In this document: positions 44,068 to 57,600 of the stretch, piece by piece
Layout of the letters: each line of letters begins with the position of its first letter
How positions within the stretch are numbered: position 1 is the stretch's first letter
From: the human T2T-CHM13v2.0 reference genome, Homo sapiens
DNA length: 64,000 nt
NCBI RefSeq assembly: GCF_009914755.1
Contig: NC_060930.1
Reading direction: 5' to 3' (one strand)
The notes under the pieces: generated by a model
Databases searched by the model: none
The model's input: the letters and a program-made list of their open reading frames with translations, nothing else
Told to the model about the DNA's origin: nothing
Program-made: the position numbers and the translations under genes

Positions 44068-44915
44068 CGTTCATTAAGTGAATACTGAGTACCTGCTATT
44101 TTCCAGGCTCTGTTCTAGGAACTGAAGCAATGAACAGGTCACACAAGTCCCTGTTCTCATAAAGCTTGTACACTAGCTGAAAGAGAAAGACAGTAAACAA
44201 GTAAATGAGTGTGCTATTTTAGACAGGGTATTCAGAGTGGGCATCTATAAAGAAGTTCCATTTGAATAGAGACTGAATGAAGAGGGTGGGGAAGAGCTTT
44301 TCTGGAAGAGGATAGAGCCAGTTCAAAAGGCCCCTCATTGACAAGAGGCTGGAGTGCTCTGAACCACAGAGAAGGCTGTGGTGGCTAGTGGTGCATGGAG
44401 GGGGAGGTGGGGCCTGGGTGATGCAGGGCCTTACAGACCATGGCGAGGAGCTGACTCTTTTGTGTGTAGAGAAATTGAGTTTAAGCAGAGGGCTACCATG
44501 ATCTAGTAGATAAGGCTGAACGATCTCTCTGGTTGCTATATGAGTAGGAGAGGAAATTGGTGATAGAGACACAAGGCATCTCTCATATGGCCCAGAGGGA
44601 CTGGTGAGAAGTGGTCAGATTTGAGTTATATTTTGAAAGCCAAGCCAATAGGACTTGTCTTTGGGTTGGTACCTATAGCATAGGGGAAAAACATGGATCA
44701 AGAATGACTCTTGGGCTTTGGCCTGAAAAATGGGACACGTTTGGAGGAAGGGATATATTGTATAACCCAATAAGGAAGACAGTGGAGGCAGAAATTTGCA
44801 GGATGGAATTGGAGCAAATAGGGTTCTGTTTTGGACAGGGGAAGTGTGAGATGCCTTTAGACATCCAAGCTGAGGTGCCAAGGAGTTAGTAGGTACCCGA
44901 GCCTGGAGTTTGAGG
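44068..44915 (-). mobile_element. L2 LINE relic
   Basis: ttcattaagtgaatactgagtacctgctattttccaggctctgttctagg (reverse L2 tail) followed by typical L2 body motifs (gaagtggtcagatttgagttatattttgaa; ttttggacag...gagatgcct). Confidence 0.8.
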
Positions 44916-46364
44916 TAGGAATCAGGCATTTAAATCGTTCTTTTTTAGGAGTTTTTAGGAACTTCAGTTCTTATGGAAAATTTAGTATTTTAGAAATATT
45001 TAGTTGTTGAGGCTGTCTTCGATCCTTGAGATTGATTCCTGGAGAACATGCTGGTGTGTGCTGGGATTTCTCACGCTTCCCCTGGGGAAGGCATATTCCC
45101 ATGCTGAGCAGATGGGAGCTCCAGGCAGCCGCACCAGCTGCACGGTGGTAGAATATTTCTAAATAGTTCTCTAGGCACAGGCAGCTATTTTTCTGAATTC
45201 TTTGACTCATATAACCTCTTTACTAAATCCAACATAGATCTTACATCCTATTCATGCACGCTCTCAGTGGAGTTCAGAAGTACATTAATTAAGGTCTAAC
45301 AAATTGTTCATCATGTTCACATTTAAAAGGGTCCTAAAATAGCCCAATCATGGGCATGCTGGGTGTTTGTGTTTAAGTGTCTTATACACTAAAACTGGAC
45401 CCTGATGTTCCTTTACTATATACAAATGGCCACTGTGAACACCAAGTGGGCTATAAATCAGAAGATGACAAAGAAAAGGGGAAGGATGATGACTCAGTAT
45501 GGAAAAACCTATAAGCCAGAACCCGCTTATTTATTATGTTTGGATACATTTCCCCAGTTCAACTGTCCCTGGCTTAAGCCCTGCTTCCCCCTTCTTAGTC
45601 CAGTTTCTTAAGTCATTTTTGCTCTCTGCTGTCAAAAGCACCTTTCATCCACTCAGACTAAGACACTGACCTTATCCCCCAATCATCTACTGTTCTCTAG
45701 AGGTATTCTTGCAGTTCCGTTCCATGATTTTCTACATTTCATTCCATTAGCTTGTTTGGTCATTTTTACTTTTCTGGTGAGATGATTTTCCCTAGACTCA
45801 CAAGAGTTACCCCTCTTGGATAGGCGCCTTCGATTATACTGATTGCATCTTTGGCTCCCCAGGTGATCAGATGTCTCCAGATGGTAATGTTTACAGTGCC
45901 TGCCTCACACAGAAGCCTGAGATGGCAGGAAGGACTCTAGGTAGGCTTTTCAGATGGGTAGATGCCTGAACATGCTCTGGAAAAACCAGTCTTCTCTCCT
46001 CTCTGCAGTTTACCAGCTGTGTGACTGTGCATAGGTTACTGAGTTTCTCCAGGCCTCTGTTCTCTCCTCTGTTAAAAGGGGACACTTCTAATCCATCTCT
46101 GGTATTTGCATTAAATAGATAAATACCTGTAAAGCACTTAGCAGAGTAGCTGCTACTGAAAGGAAGTCAGTAAACTTTAATTCCCTTCCAAATCCCTCTG
46201 AGTCTTTTATTCATCAGGAAACAATAGCCGTGCACTCTGAATACACACATGCCAGTAAATGGCTATTAGTGAAGACAAATCAAGCTCCGGAAGCAAGCTA
46301 GCCTGAAGAGAGAAGAGAAACAGACAATTTTAAGACAAATTGGAGAAAGAGAGTATGGGGTTCA

Positions 46365-46491
46365 GGACCGGCAGCATCAGTATCTCTTGGGAACTGGTTA
46401 GAAATGCAGGTTCTCAGACTGGGGCTGGGCAGTCTTGTTTCAACAAGCCCTGCGGGTAATTCTGAAGTACAATAACATTTGAGTACCAATG
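46365..46491. mobile_element. MER5A fragment
   Basis: ggaccggcagcatcagtatctcttgggaactggttagaaatgcaggttctcag. Confidence 0.75.
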
Positions 46492-46793
46492 GTCTAAGCT
46501 AAACTCAGCAGATAATGGGTGAGAATAATGGTGCGTGTTACTGTGTGTGTTATGTATGTTTGTGTGCATACATAACCATGTATGTAGAATGTTTGTAACA
46601 GCTGAAACTATTAATCAAACATAGTAATATCAGCAAAATCCAGTCAAACCAGTGATTAATTCCCCATTTTTCTTTGGTACTGTTGTCTGAGCAGAAATAC
46701 TGTATAACTAGAATGCTTATCTTCAATAACTTTGCACTAAATTCATTTGGGATTTAAAAAACGGATTCATCAACTTTTTCCTTTATTTTCTAG

Positions 46794-46837
46794 GAAATTC
46801 CACTTACTTGGATGACCATGGACCACCTCCTAGTAAG
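46794..46837 (+). CDS. UST: UST (uronyl 2-sulfotransferase) internal coding exon, 44 nt (exon 2); phase 1 in, phase 0 out
   Basis: Acceptor ctttttcctttattttctag|GA, donor AAG|gtaaga; reads [G]GA AAT TCC ACT TAC TTG GAT GAC CAT GGA CCA CCT CCT AGT AAG = GNSTYLDDHGPPPSK, matching recalled UST stem sequence ...RQYLGNSTYLDDHGPPPSKVLPFPSQVVYNRVGKCGS; contains an NST sequon. Confidence 0.93.
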
Positions 46838-47815
46838 GTAAGATCTTTGCTTGTGATATAAGTCCCCTTTTTCTTTTATCTTACTTACAGCCTCCAACAA
46901 GCAGAACAGATCTCTCCTGGACACGAATCATTCACAAGAAACAGTAGATGACATATGTGAAATTGATGTTTAACTTCTAACAAGGAGGAAGCAGAAAAGC
47001 ATGATGATAGCCCAGATGACAGGGAGAAGGAGCCATTGTTGAATCAGTGGCTGTTGCTGCCCAGGCATTGGAGCCTGAGACTGACTTCAGACCTCTGGCA
47101 GCTTCTCCTGTTTGCACCTCATTTTCATTTGCCTTGGCATCGATGCTGGCCCACAGTGTGATAGCCACACCCGGCCTCCCCATGCCTTCGGGCTTTGGGG
47201 CTAGACTCACATCTGTCCTGTTCTCTCCAGCCTAACTGGGTTGGGATACTCCACTTGAGGCCCTGCCAATACCACCTCAAGGCTGCCCTGGCCTGGCCTG
47301 TGAGTCCACTTTTGTTTTTCCTGTAAGCAGTTTTGTCTGACTTAAGGGGCAGAATAATCCTTTAGTATAGTTTCCCTAACACTGTTTACTTTCTTGAGCT
47401 CAATGAAAACCGAATGCTAATCTACTGAAAAGTGAGCAAACTAGAACAAATTGATCATTGTATATAAGAAAATACATGCAATGCAATTACCCTTTATTCT
47501 AACCGTATGTCCCTTGTACTTTTTTGACATCATTTTTTTTCCTTCTAGGAAATGATGGGGATTGTTGATCAGTACTTGGGAAGGGGTTGTGCTTGGCAAA
47601 ATAAGAAGTTGGCAACCCTCTATCTGTCACTTCAAGAATGTTCTTTCTGGCCTGTGAAATCTTAAAGTGTAGATACAAGCACTCTAGCTCTCCCTGTACT
47701 TGGTTGTTTTCTTAGTCTTTGACCACTTAAGGTGATGCCTACAAAATGCAGTTGTAAATACACGGTGAGAAGATAATGAACCCCCAACCTTAGAGGCTTT
47801 GGGGAAATTTACTCC

Positions 47816-48206
47816 TGTATTAGTCCATTCCTGCATTGCTATAAAGAAATACCCGAGACTGGGTAATTTAAAAAATTCCACAGGCTGTATAGGAAGCATG
47901 ATACAGGCATCTACTCAGCTTCTGGGGAGGCTTCAGGAAACTTTCAATCATGGTGGAAGGCAGAGAGGAAGCAGGCGCATCTTACGTGGCCAGAGCAGGA
48001 ACAAGAGGGATTGGGGGAGGTACCACACACTTTTAAACAACCAGATCTCACAGGAACTCACTGTCGCCATGACAGCACCAAGGGGGATAGTGCTAAACCC
48101 TGAAAATCCACCCTCATGATCCAGTCACCTCCCACCAGGCCACTCCGACACTGGGGATGACAATTAGACATGAGATTTGGGTGGGGACACAGATCCAAAC
48201 AAATCA
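47816..48206 (-). mobile_element. MSTB-like MaLR solo LTR
   Basis: tgtattagtccattcctgcattgctataaagaaatacccgagactggg...acagatccaaacaaatca. Confidence 0.9.
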
Positions 48207-48865
48207 GCCCCAAAGTATGTTTAGACCACCCCCACATTCATGAGCATGAACTTTGGAAGAAGATATTTCTGGATTCAACACTGACGCTGCCACTTTCTAG
48301 CTGTGTGACAGTGGATGAATTACTTAATATTTTGAGCCTCAGTTTCTCATGTGCAGGGTGGGACTAAAAATACCGCTTACAGCACAGGATGCCTAAAATG
48401 ATTGAATGAGCTGATGTATGATGAACACTTGACACTGACATGCGATAAACATTAAATCAAGGGTGGCTGCTGTTAACTGTACTGCAGTAACATTAAAATT
48501 ATTGATGAGTGGTACAGCAGTATTTATCACAGTCGTGGAATGGTTCTACCACTTGATCCACCACCTGTTTATTGAATGCCTGTGATGCTGCAGGTGGTAG
48601 AAATACAAATATGAAACAAAACAAGAACAACAACAACAAAAATAGCCTCTATTCTAGAGGAGCAAAGGAATATAGAGGATTATGTTCTCTCTGGGGATAA
48701 GGACCGTGTCTAACTCGTCTCAGTATCCTCACATTCTTGTATTAGCCTCAATGCACAGAGGCACATCATGACTATTCATTAAATTTCACTGAATTAGACC
48801 ATGGAATCCAGAGCTGGAATCTGAATTAGGTCTTCTGGCTTCCATCCCAGGTTCTTTCACTGAGC

Positions 48866-49051
48866 CAGTATTCTCAAACTTTAGCTTGCATCGAAAGTAC
48901 CTGGAGGCTTATTAAAACACAGATTGCTGGGCCCAGGCCCCAGAGTGTCTGATTCAGTGGGTCTGGGGTGGGAGCTGAGCATGTGCATTTCTCACAAGCT
49001 CCCACATGATGCTGATGCTGTCAGTCTGGAGTTCACATTGGAGAGCCACTG
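48866..49051. mobile_element. MER5A (hAT-Charlie)
   Basis: cagtattctcaaactttagcttgcatc...acctggaggcttattaaaacacagattgctgggccc...gagagccactg with CAG...CTG ends. Confidence 0.85.
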
Positions 49052-51636
49052 TTCTAAAGGCCATGAATATAAAGAGAACCATTTCCTTAGACATTTTCTG
49101 TGGTGTTTTTACTGTTAATAGCCTAGAGAGAGTGATATGGCTATTATCTAAAGTTTATTTATTAATGTAATGATGACTCACCATTGTAAGTTTTCTTGTA
49201 GAGAAAACATTTTTAGAGGGGTCAGTTACCTGCCTAGGAGGGACAATAGAGGGGGAAAAGAAGAATGGTGCCGAAGGTCCTGGTAGGTGTCCTCACCAGT
49301 GACTTCCTTTTTCTCCCAGGTAGGGAGGGGCAAGGTGAAGCACTCCATAGCCCCCTGCCCTGTCATGATATTATTGAGTTGGATTAGGTGGCTCTGTCAA
49401 TGGGACCCATCAGCTGTTTTCCTCAATGGCTTTTTGTTCCTGGCTTGGTAAACAGGATTTTATCTGGTCTGAAGACCCAGACCCTTTTTTTATGAACTTG
49501 CCTTTTTGACCTTTTTCCTTGGTGGCCAGCCTGAGTCAACACTTTGGTCTTCCTGCTGGTCTTGCTGTGGCTGGGTTGTCTGTCCTGCCTGCCTCTTTGC
49601 TGGGATTGTCAGTGCCTAGATTCGGTGTTGGCTGGCTTCACTTCCCCTTCTCCCATAGGGTCTTCCCTAGCTGTGCCTCTTCCCCCTGCCCCTACAGTCT
49701 GGTCTTCAACTCCCCCATATCTCCCCCAACCCCTAACTAAAGCTTCTTGTAATATGCAAAAATGATCAGGTTATAGCAGATTATTCAGACCCCTTTAGAG
49801 TAAATCCAGTTTTATAAACTCTTTACTAAGTTTGAAAATTGGGAGCATAATCTCTTTAAATCAGCAGAAGTTTACCTAATACAGAAGCTTTCACTATAAC
49901 TGTATTTTCATTATCTGGGATTGGAGCAGCAAAATACTCTTGATTTTCTAAGCAGTAGCCATAAGAAGAAGAATATAAAAATGGGTAAAAATATTACTGG
50001 TATGTGAACATCTTCTCATCCGTTCTTATTGCTTCTGGCAGGGTGGAAATGAATCTCAGAAGTGATGAGGTCAGACTTCCGGATAAAGGTCCCTTAAGTG
50101 TCCCCTGGGGTGGGGCCTCAGTGGTTTAGGTCTGTAGACCACTGGCTTATCCAGGGACAGGGTGGCATGCAGACGATGAGGACTCACACATGCCTGGCCT
50201 CTGGAATGAACCCTTACCCTGGCAGGGAAAAGCAAGACTCAGTCCAGACCCATCTTTTTCATATTTGCTTAGTGCTCAAAAAATAACTTTTTGATGCCAA
50301 GACTGAAAGAGTTGAGATCTAGATAAAATAAGATTTTTAAACCCTGAAAATATACTGACGTTACAGGCGAGTTCTCATTTTATTAAATGTTCAATTTCAC
50401 AAGTTTCACATTCCACAAGTAATAGCCATTTAGGGAATGGGGTGTGCCACACAACACATACTGGGCCCCCGTCCTCATTCTGTCCAATATTTTCATAAGA
50501 AAAAACAAAGCCCTCTGATTTTCACTTGTTTTTAAAATCCACTTGAACCTCACAGCTCACCTCGGTTTTTGAACTAAGCCGCTATTTACAGGTCGATGTT
50601 AATATTTTCTTTCGGTTGCCACATTTTACCACTACTTTGTATGTACACAGAATACGGTGGTTTAAGGTTAGAGCACTGACTAAGAATCACCATGGAGATT
50701 TCTAGCAAATGAAACAGAAAGATTATTTTAAGTACAAAAACAAAAGCATGATAGCTCTTTTTGTGAAATTGCACGCATATGTTTGTATGTATGCCTACAG
50801 AGACAAGCCTGGAAAGGGTAATAGTGTTTTCTCCAAGTGGTGAGATTTTGGGAAGCTTCTACCCAGTTCCTTATACTTTAATGCATAATTTGAGTTCATT
50901 AAAGTAACACCTGCTCAATCTAAAAATCAGAAAAAGAAATTTTCTGGTATGAGAGAAGATTACAGTTGGGTTTAAAGGCTTCAGTGCCGTGGCCTCTGCA
51001 GCATCATGTGCAGTGTCCACAGACCCGAGAAGCTGACGTTTCCCCTCCTTGGCTTCACTTCACCTGGGACGTGGGTACCTGGTGCAAGCAGCGGGCAGCA
51101 GCAATGATAAGTTCTGTTGGTAACAAACAGGATGTGGATATCATTTCATATACATTGACATCCCAAACCCCATAGATAAGGAGAGCTGTTCTAACCGCCT
51201 CAAAGATAATAAAATCGCTATCCATATCTGTTTTTTCCTGTGTGCCACACACTATGCTAAGCACTTTGCATGCAAAATTTAATCTCTATAAATGATATAA
51301 GAGAGGAAGTAATTTTTAAATCCTTACTTTACAGATAAGGGAGCTGGATTTTAGAGGGACAGGCTAACTTGCCAAAGGTCACACACTAAGTAAGCATTGG
51401 ACTTGGGATTCCAGCCCAGGGCTGTGTATAGCTCCAGTGCTCATGTTTTTAACCATTTCAAAATTACTAATTTAAGTAGAAATACAATAATTTTCTACCT
51501 TATTTCTAAATTTTTGCACTTTTAAATAAGCAATCTGGTACATTGATTAGTATAATACACAAATTTTAACCTTCAGTATACCAGAAAAAAATAGTCATCA
51601 CCATTTACCATTTGGGTTCAAAGGACACTTAATTTT

Positions 51637-52129
51637 TTAAAATCAATGCAGTGAACCTTTTCACATCTACTTTATCCGTTTTCTTCCAGTAACCTTTGTA
51701 TACTTAGCTACCTTCAGCACCTGAACGTTTTCAAACTGTATATAAAATAAATTTTGGTATACAGACTTGAAAAGGTGAAAGAATACCATCCCACATTCAT
51801 TTAGCAAAACAGGATGGTCCGGGTTCTTTTCACAAAATATTATTTGAGGGAATCCTTCCTCTTGAACGACTGACTGTATAAGAATAGCATGTTTTCTTTT
51901 TGTCCTTAGAAATATATTGTTCATTCAATATATTTAGAGAGTCTAAGAGAATTAATCTATCATGTCATCATCTGAAGAGTCGTAGTCTGACGTTTCGTTT
52001 CCATGATCAATTTCATCATCATCATTAGAGTCTTCAGTGCCGTCGTGTGATGGCTTGCATTCATCTCTGATGTTTCTGTTGTTTGTGAAATCTCATCTCT
52101 CTTTCTGTCAGTTATCTTCTTTTTGTCAT
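51637..52129 (-). pseudogene. piggyBac transposase N-terminal remnant (multiple stops and frameshifts)
   Basis: Hand translation across frames: MTKRR*LTE...DECKPSHDGTEDSNDDDEIDHGNETSDYDSSDDD...YISKDKKKTCYSYTVSRSRGRIPSNNIL*KEPGPSCFAK*MWDGILSPF...AEGS*VYKGYWKKTDKVDVKRFTALIL; acidic N-terminus, GR..NIL..PGP and W..D..F..LI pattern resemble PGBD transposases. Confidence 0.72.
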
Positions 52130-52322
52130 TATAGGCAAGAATGAAAAATTTGAAATTCTCCACTCTAGTCAATGAAATTAAAACAAACTACAAAGATGAT
52201 GTCTCTAGTCTCCTTTTATATCCTCCAAAAAGATGATGTAATACTTTGGGTAATACAATAAGAAAGATGGAGGGTGATGCAATAGTGACAATTTATTTCA
52301 CTAATGAATCATTCCCTTAGGC

Positions 52323-52527
52323 TCACATTGTTTAATATGGTAGCTATTAGCCTCAGGTAGCTATTTAAATCTAAATTAATTAAAATTAAAAAAATAAAAA
52401 TTCAGTTTCTCCATTGCACTAGCCACATTTCAAATTCTCTGTAGCTATATGCAGCTAGTGGTTACTGTCTTGCACAAGAAAAATAGAACATTTTCATCAT
52501 CAAGGAACATTCTACTGAATGGCAGTG
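52323..52527. mobile_element. MER3 (hAT-Charlie) nested in the piggyBac element
   Basis: atatggtagctattagcc...taaattaattaaaattaaa...ctagccacatttcaa...atagaacattttcatcatc...ttctactgaatggcagtg. Confidence 0.85.
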
Positions 52528-53679
52528 TTCTAATCCATTCTATTGTTCTTATATTTTTCTATTACTTTAGTCTTCTTAAACCTTATTTGGGAATAATTGA
52601 TATATAACTGGTGGGTAATTGTTCCTGAGATGATAAAATAGCAAACTGTTTCAAGATATAGGAATAATAAAATTACAAAGATGCCATAATGGATCTTAGA
52701 TTTTCTTAAACGGTCTGCTGGACCCATATGGTAGTTGCAAGGTAGAATGAGTTTTATTCTCTTTCTTTTTTTAAAAAAAAGTATTTTCTCTTTTTCTTTG
52801 TAATATCTCTAAGAAAGAATAAAGTTATAAAATATTAATCCATACAAATAGCTAGAACTGCTTCAAATTTATAAAACCTAAAAAACTAAAAGTGGGTCCA
52901 ATGGATGCTAATAGTATATTGAGGGTTAAGATATATTACTGATATCTACACTTACATACAAAAGCATTTTTATATATAAAATATTATGTTTGCATATAAA
53001 GTATTAGTATTCAAAATTCCGTTGTAAAATGGGTTCATTAGAAGGCGGCTTACAATTATTATGCTGATCCAGCAATCTCCAAATGAATGAGAAGTAGTAA
53101 TATGAACTGAGATAATATTTGTATAGTGCTTTGCAGTGTCTGGCAGTGAACCATTGCTCAATAAAGTTGAGTCCTTCCTACCTACACCCCCAGAAGCTAA
53201 TTTCCCTTTAGTATTGATTGTTTAATGCCTACTTAGTCTAAGGGATCAGGAAGACATTTAAAGAATTGAAGATGATCTCTGTAATCTAACAGCTTATAAT
53301 CTGGTTGTGTCATGAGGTTTGATGGAATCAAAGACAGAGAGCACATGCTTCTGTGACTGATAGATTCTTAAGTCTAAGTGACATGCATTCATCCAAGTGT
53401 TTACTATGCATCAAATTTGTCTTGGGCTCTGTGCTGGGTGCTGAGGCTGTCAGGCCACAGAATGCACAGTCTATGCCCTCCGGGAGTTTAGTCCAGTCAA
53501 AGGACAGGCTGGCAAACAGATTCATACAGTAAGTATGCTAAGTGGGCTGCTGGATGCTATGATGAGGATGCACACTCAACACAAGGAGAATGCAGGAAGC
53601 TCAACTTGACCTTTTTTCCAGGTGCAAGTCCTGAAGTTTGAATAGGAGGAACTAACTAGGTCAGATAACCTGGGATGCG

Positions 53680-53837
53680 GACAGGCATGGTGGCTTATGC
53701 CTCTAATCCGAGCACTTTTGGAGGCTGAGGTGGGAGGATCGCTTGAGCCCAGAGAGTTGGAGGTTACAGTGAGCTATGATTGCACCACCACTCTCCAGCC
53801 TGGGTGACAGAGTGAGACTCTGTCTCTTCAAAAAAAA
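53680..53837 (+). mobile_element. Monomeric Alu (FRAM/FAM-like)
   Basis: Single monomer ggaggatcgcttgagccc...gagctatgattgcacc...gagactctgtctc + A tail. Confidence 0.85.
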
Positions 53838-54037
53838 GTCTAGGATGGAAAGGATGAGAAGGGATGGGCCTCACTGCTGGAGTTTTAAGAGTGGTAGGTG
53901 GGAAATTGAGATATGAACTGCTTTGAGGAGCTTGGCTTTAACAGGAAAGAGAGAAAAGATGATAGGCAGTGGAGTCCATGTCTACGTAATTGTGTAGTAG
54001 GAAAGGAATGATCAGTCACAAATCCAGTTTTGAATGG

Positions 54038-54495
54038 TGTCATGGATTGAATTATGTTTTCCCAAAAGATACATTGGATCCTAACCCCAGAATCTGTGAG
54101 TGGGATCCTGTTTGTAATTAGGCTCTTTGCAGATGAAGATGAGGTCATACTGGAGAAGGGTGGACCCTAAAGACAATGATTGATGTCTGTATAAGAAGAG
54201 GGAAATTTGGACACAGAGATAGAGACCCACAGGAGAATGCAGTAGGGACAATGGAGGCAGATTGGGATTATGCTGTTATGCTGCCACAGACCAAGGTACA
54301 CCAAGGATGGCTGGCAGCCACCAACGAGCAGAGAAGCATGGAGCAGGTTCCCCCTCCAAACCCCCAGGCAGGAGCCAGCCCTATAGACACCTTGATTTCA
54401 GATTTCTGACCTCCTGAACTGTGACGGTAAATTTCTGTTGTTTTAAGCCACCAAGTTTGTGGTACTTTGTTACAGCAGCCCCAGGTAGCAATGCA
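54038..54495 (+). mobile_element. MLT1B/C LTR
   Basis: tgtcatggattgaattatgttttcccaaaagatac...ttgttacagcagcccc...aatgca; perfect TSD aatgg. Confidence 0.88.
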
Positions 54496-54575
54496 AATGG
54501 ATTGAGTTTAATATCTTCAGTTACTAGGATACTATTAAGTATTATGCCTTTTAGGCATTATTTGATTTGATTTAA

Positions 54576-54925
<350 letters not shown>

Positions 54926-55328
54926 ATTTCAGTGCATTTTTAAGTTTTTTTTCCAACCTTCCATACCACTCAGGTTTTTCCCCCAACCTTCTTTCTTCAC
55001 TTTTCCTCATCATTCTCATGTTTTTAGCTGTGTTATTAGCCCCAACATTTTCTCCAATTTCTTCTATTTAAAATTCATTCCTGCTGTTCAAATTGTGTTA
55101 TCTTCTACACAAAAAACATATTATATTACATCATATTTTTCTCTGAAAAGGATCTCAGTGACAATTCATTTAAGACAAAGTTACCGAAGAGAGAGATCCT
55201 GTTGCCACACAACAGAGGGACATGAGAGCAACAAAGAAAAACAGTAAGGAAGTCTGCTGTCTCTCAAACAATGTGCCCCTATTTCTATAGGAAACTTCTC
55301 AGCCTAACTAACCGTTAGGCTAACAATA

Positions 55329-55686
55329 TGATACAGTTTGGCTGTGTCCCTACCAAAATCTCATCTTGAATTGTAGCTCCCATAATTCCCAAGTGTTGTG
55401 GGAGGTAGCCAGTGGGAGATAATCATGGGGGTGGTTTCCTCCATACTGTTCTTGTGGTAGTGAATCCATCTCACAAGATCTGATGGTTTTATGAGGGGAA
55501 ACTGCTTTCACTGATTCTCACTCTCTTCTCTTGTCTGCTGCCATGTGAGATGTGCCTTTCACCTTCAGCCATGATCGTGAGGCCTCCTTAGCCATGTGGA
55601 ACTGTGACTCCGTCAAACCTCTTTCTTTTGTAAATTACCCAGTCTTGGGTATGTCTTTATCAGCAGTGTGAAAATGGACTAATACA
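55329..55686 (+). mobile_element. THE1 solo LTR
   Basis: tgatacagtttggctgtgtcc...ggactaataca; TSD caata/caaaa. Confidence 0.92.
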
Positions 55687-56910
55687 CAAAACTACCACAA
55701 GTTCCTAAGAAAGATTACATTTTTTTCCCCTTTTAATAACTTCTTTAGATTTGGAGACACATTGACAGAAAGAGGTTCCATGTTCTATAGTAAAGAAACC
55801 ATGATGTCCATTCCTTGCTTTGAGCTTAAAGATGAAAACCCAAATATATTATAATGATAGTAGGTAAATTACTTATAGAAGGTATTGGGAGTACAATGAC
55901 CTTCAGTTGGCTTGGTTAAGCATTGGTGACCTTGGAGAAGATTTCTGGATCCAAAAGTCCCCATTTCCCGGAGGGCAGGATTGCTGGATTTTGTGTGTAT
56001 ACACAGTCTCCTTTGGTTAGCATCACTTTTACTTGCAAGAGTAGATTTCAGAGAAAAATGAATTTCTTGTTTCTGTCTCCCAAAACCTCAAAGCCTATTT
56101 TTCAGGATATAGACATGCCCATCCACCTGGTTTTCCTCTTCTCTGTGAGGACCTGCAAGAAGCAAATAAATCTCTGGCACAAAATTGTGTTGTGTGCAGG
56201 GCCGCCCTGCCTAGCATGCTTCCATGTGGCCACAGCTCCTGAAGCCATTGCTGCTGCTAAGAGGGTGCCCCTGGTTCCACGCTCCTATTCATTGTTCTGT
56301 AAAGAACATGCGATGTGGTAAAAACCCACATTGTCTGATTTTCTTTGAAAAACAAAGAACTGGCGTTCTCAAGAAGTTTATAATACTTTCTTATTTTTGT
56401 CTAAGGCTGAAATGATGAAACCTCTTTATTTTCAACTTTTCAATTATTTTTAATTATGAACTATTCCAAACACAAAAAAAATGAATGAGACTAATAAAAT
56501 ATATATCCAGTATGTCCAATGCACTCACCCACCCCTTAGGCTGAAAACATGTGACTGTGTTAATTTGCTGCATGCTTCCTTCTGAACTTTCTGTTCATTC
56601 TTGGTGCCTGGGAGGAGGCTGAGAAGCATCGGTTTTAGAATCAGATCTCAGTTCAAATCCTAGCTACGTCACTAGTTACCCTAGGTACTCTAAATGAGTA
56701 CGTCACCTCTTTGAGCTTCAGTTTTCTATTTCTAAAAGAGGATAGTAATGCCCACCTCTTAGGATTGTGAGGCTGAAGTGAGATCACTGGAATGCACTTA
56801 GCATGATGCCTGACACATGGTAGCACCCAGCAATGGGTCCTTGGTTCTATAGCTGTTTCCTTGATGTAGATTCTGGTAACTCAGTTTGCTATAACTTAGA
56901 GCAAGCCTAG

Positions 56911-57600
<690 letters not shown>

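Larger units (their letters stand above)
51570..52925 (-). mobile_element. piggyBac-family (Looper-like) DNA transposon, internally deleted, with both TIRs
   Basis: TTAA at 51566-51569 and 52926-52929; inverted ends ccttcagtatacc / agtatattgaggg; subterminal ggtcc...gacccaaatggt-like repeats; decayed transposase N-terminus on the - strand. Confidence 0.8.

Noticed and set aside
46794-46837. Single-exon circRNA driven by flanking inverted Alus
   Set aside because: 44 nt is probably too short for efficient back-splicing; skipping is the more plausible outcome
55923-56415. 132-aa and 63-aa ORFs in unique sequence
   Set aside because: Non-ATG starts, no domain or splice support, no match to the UST protein as I recall it
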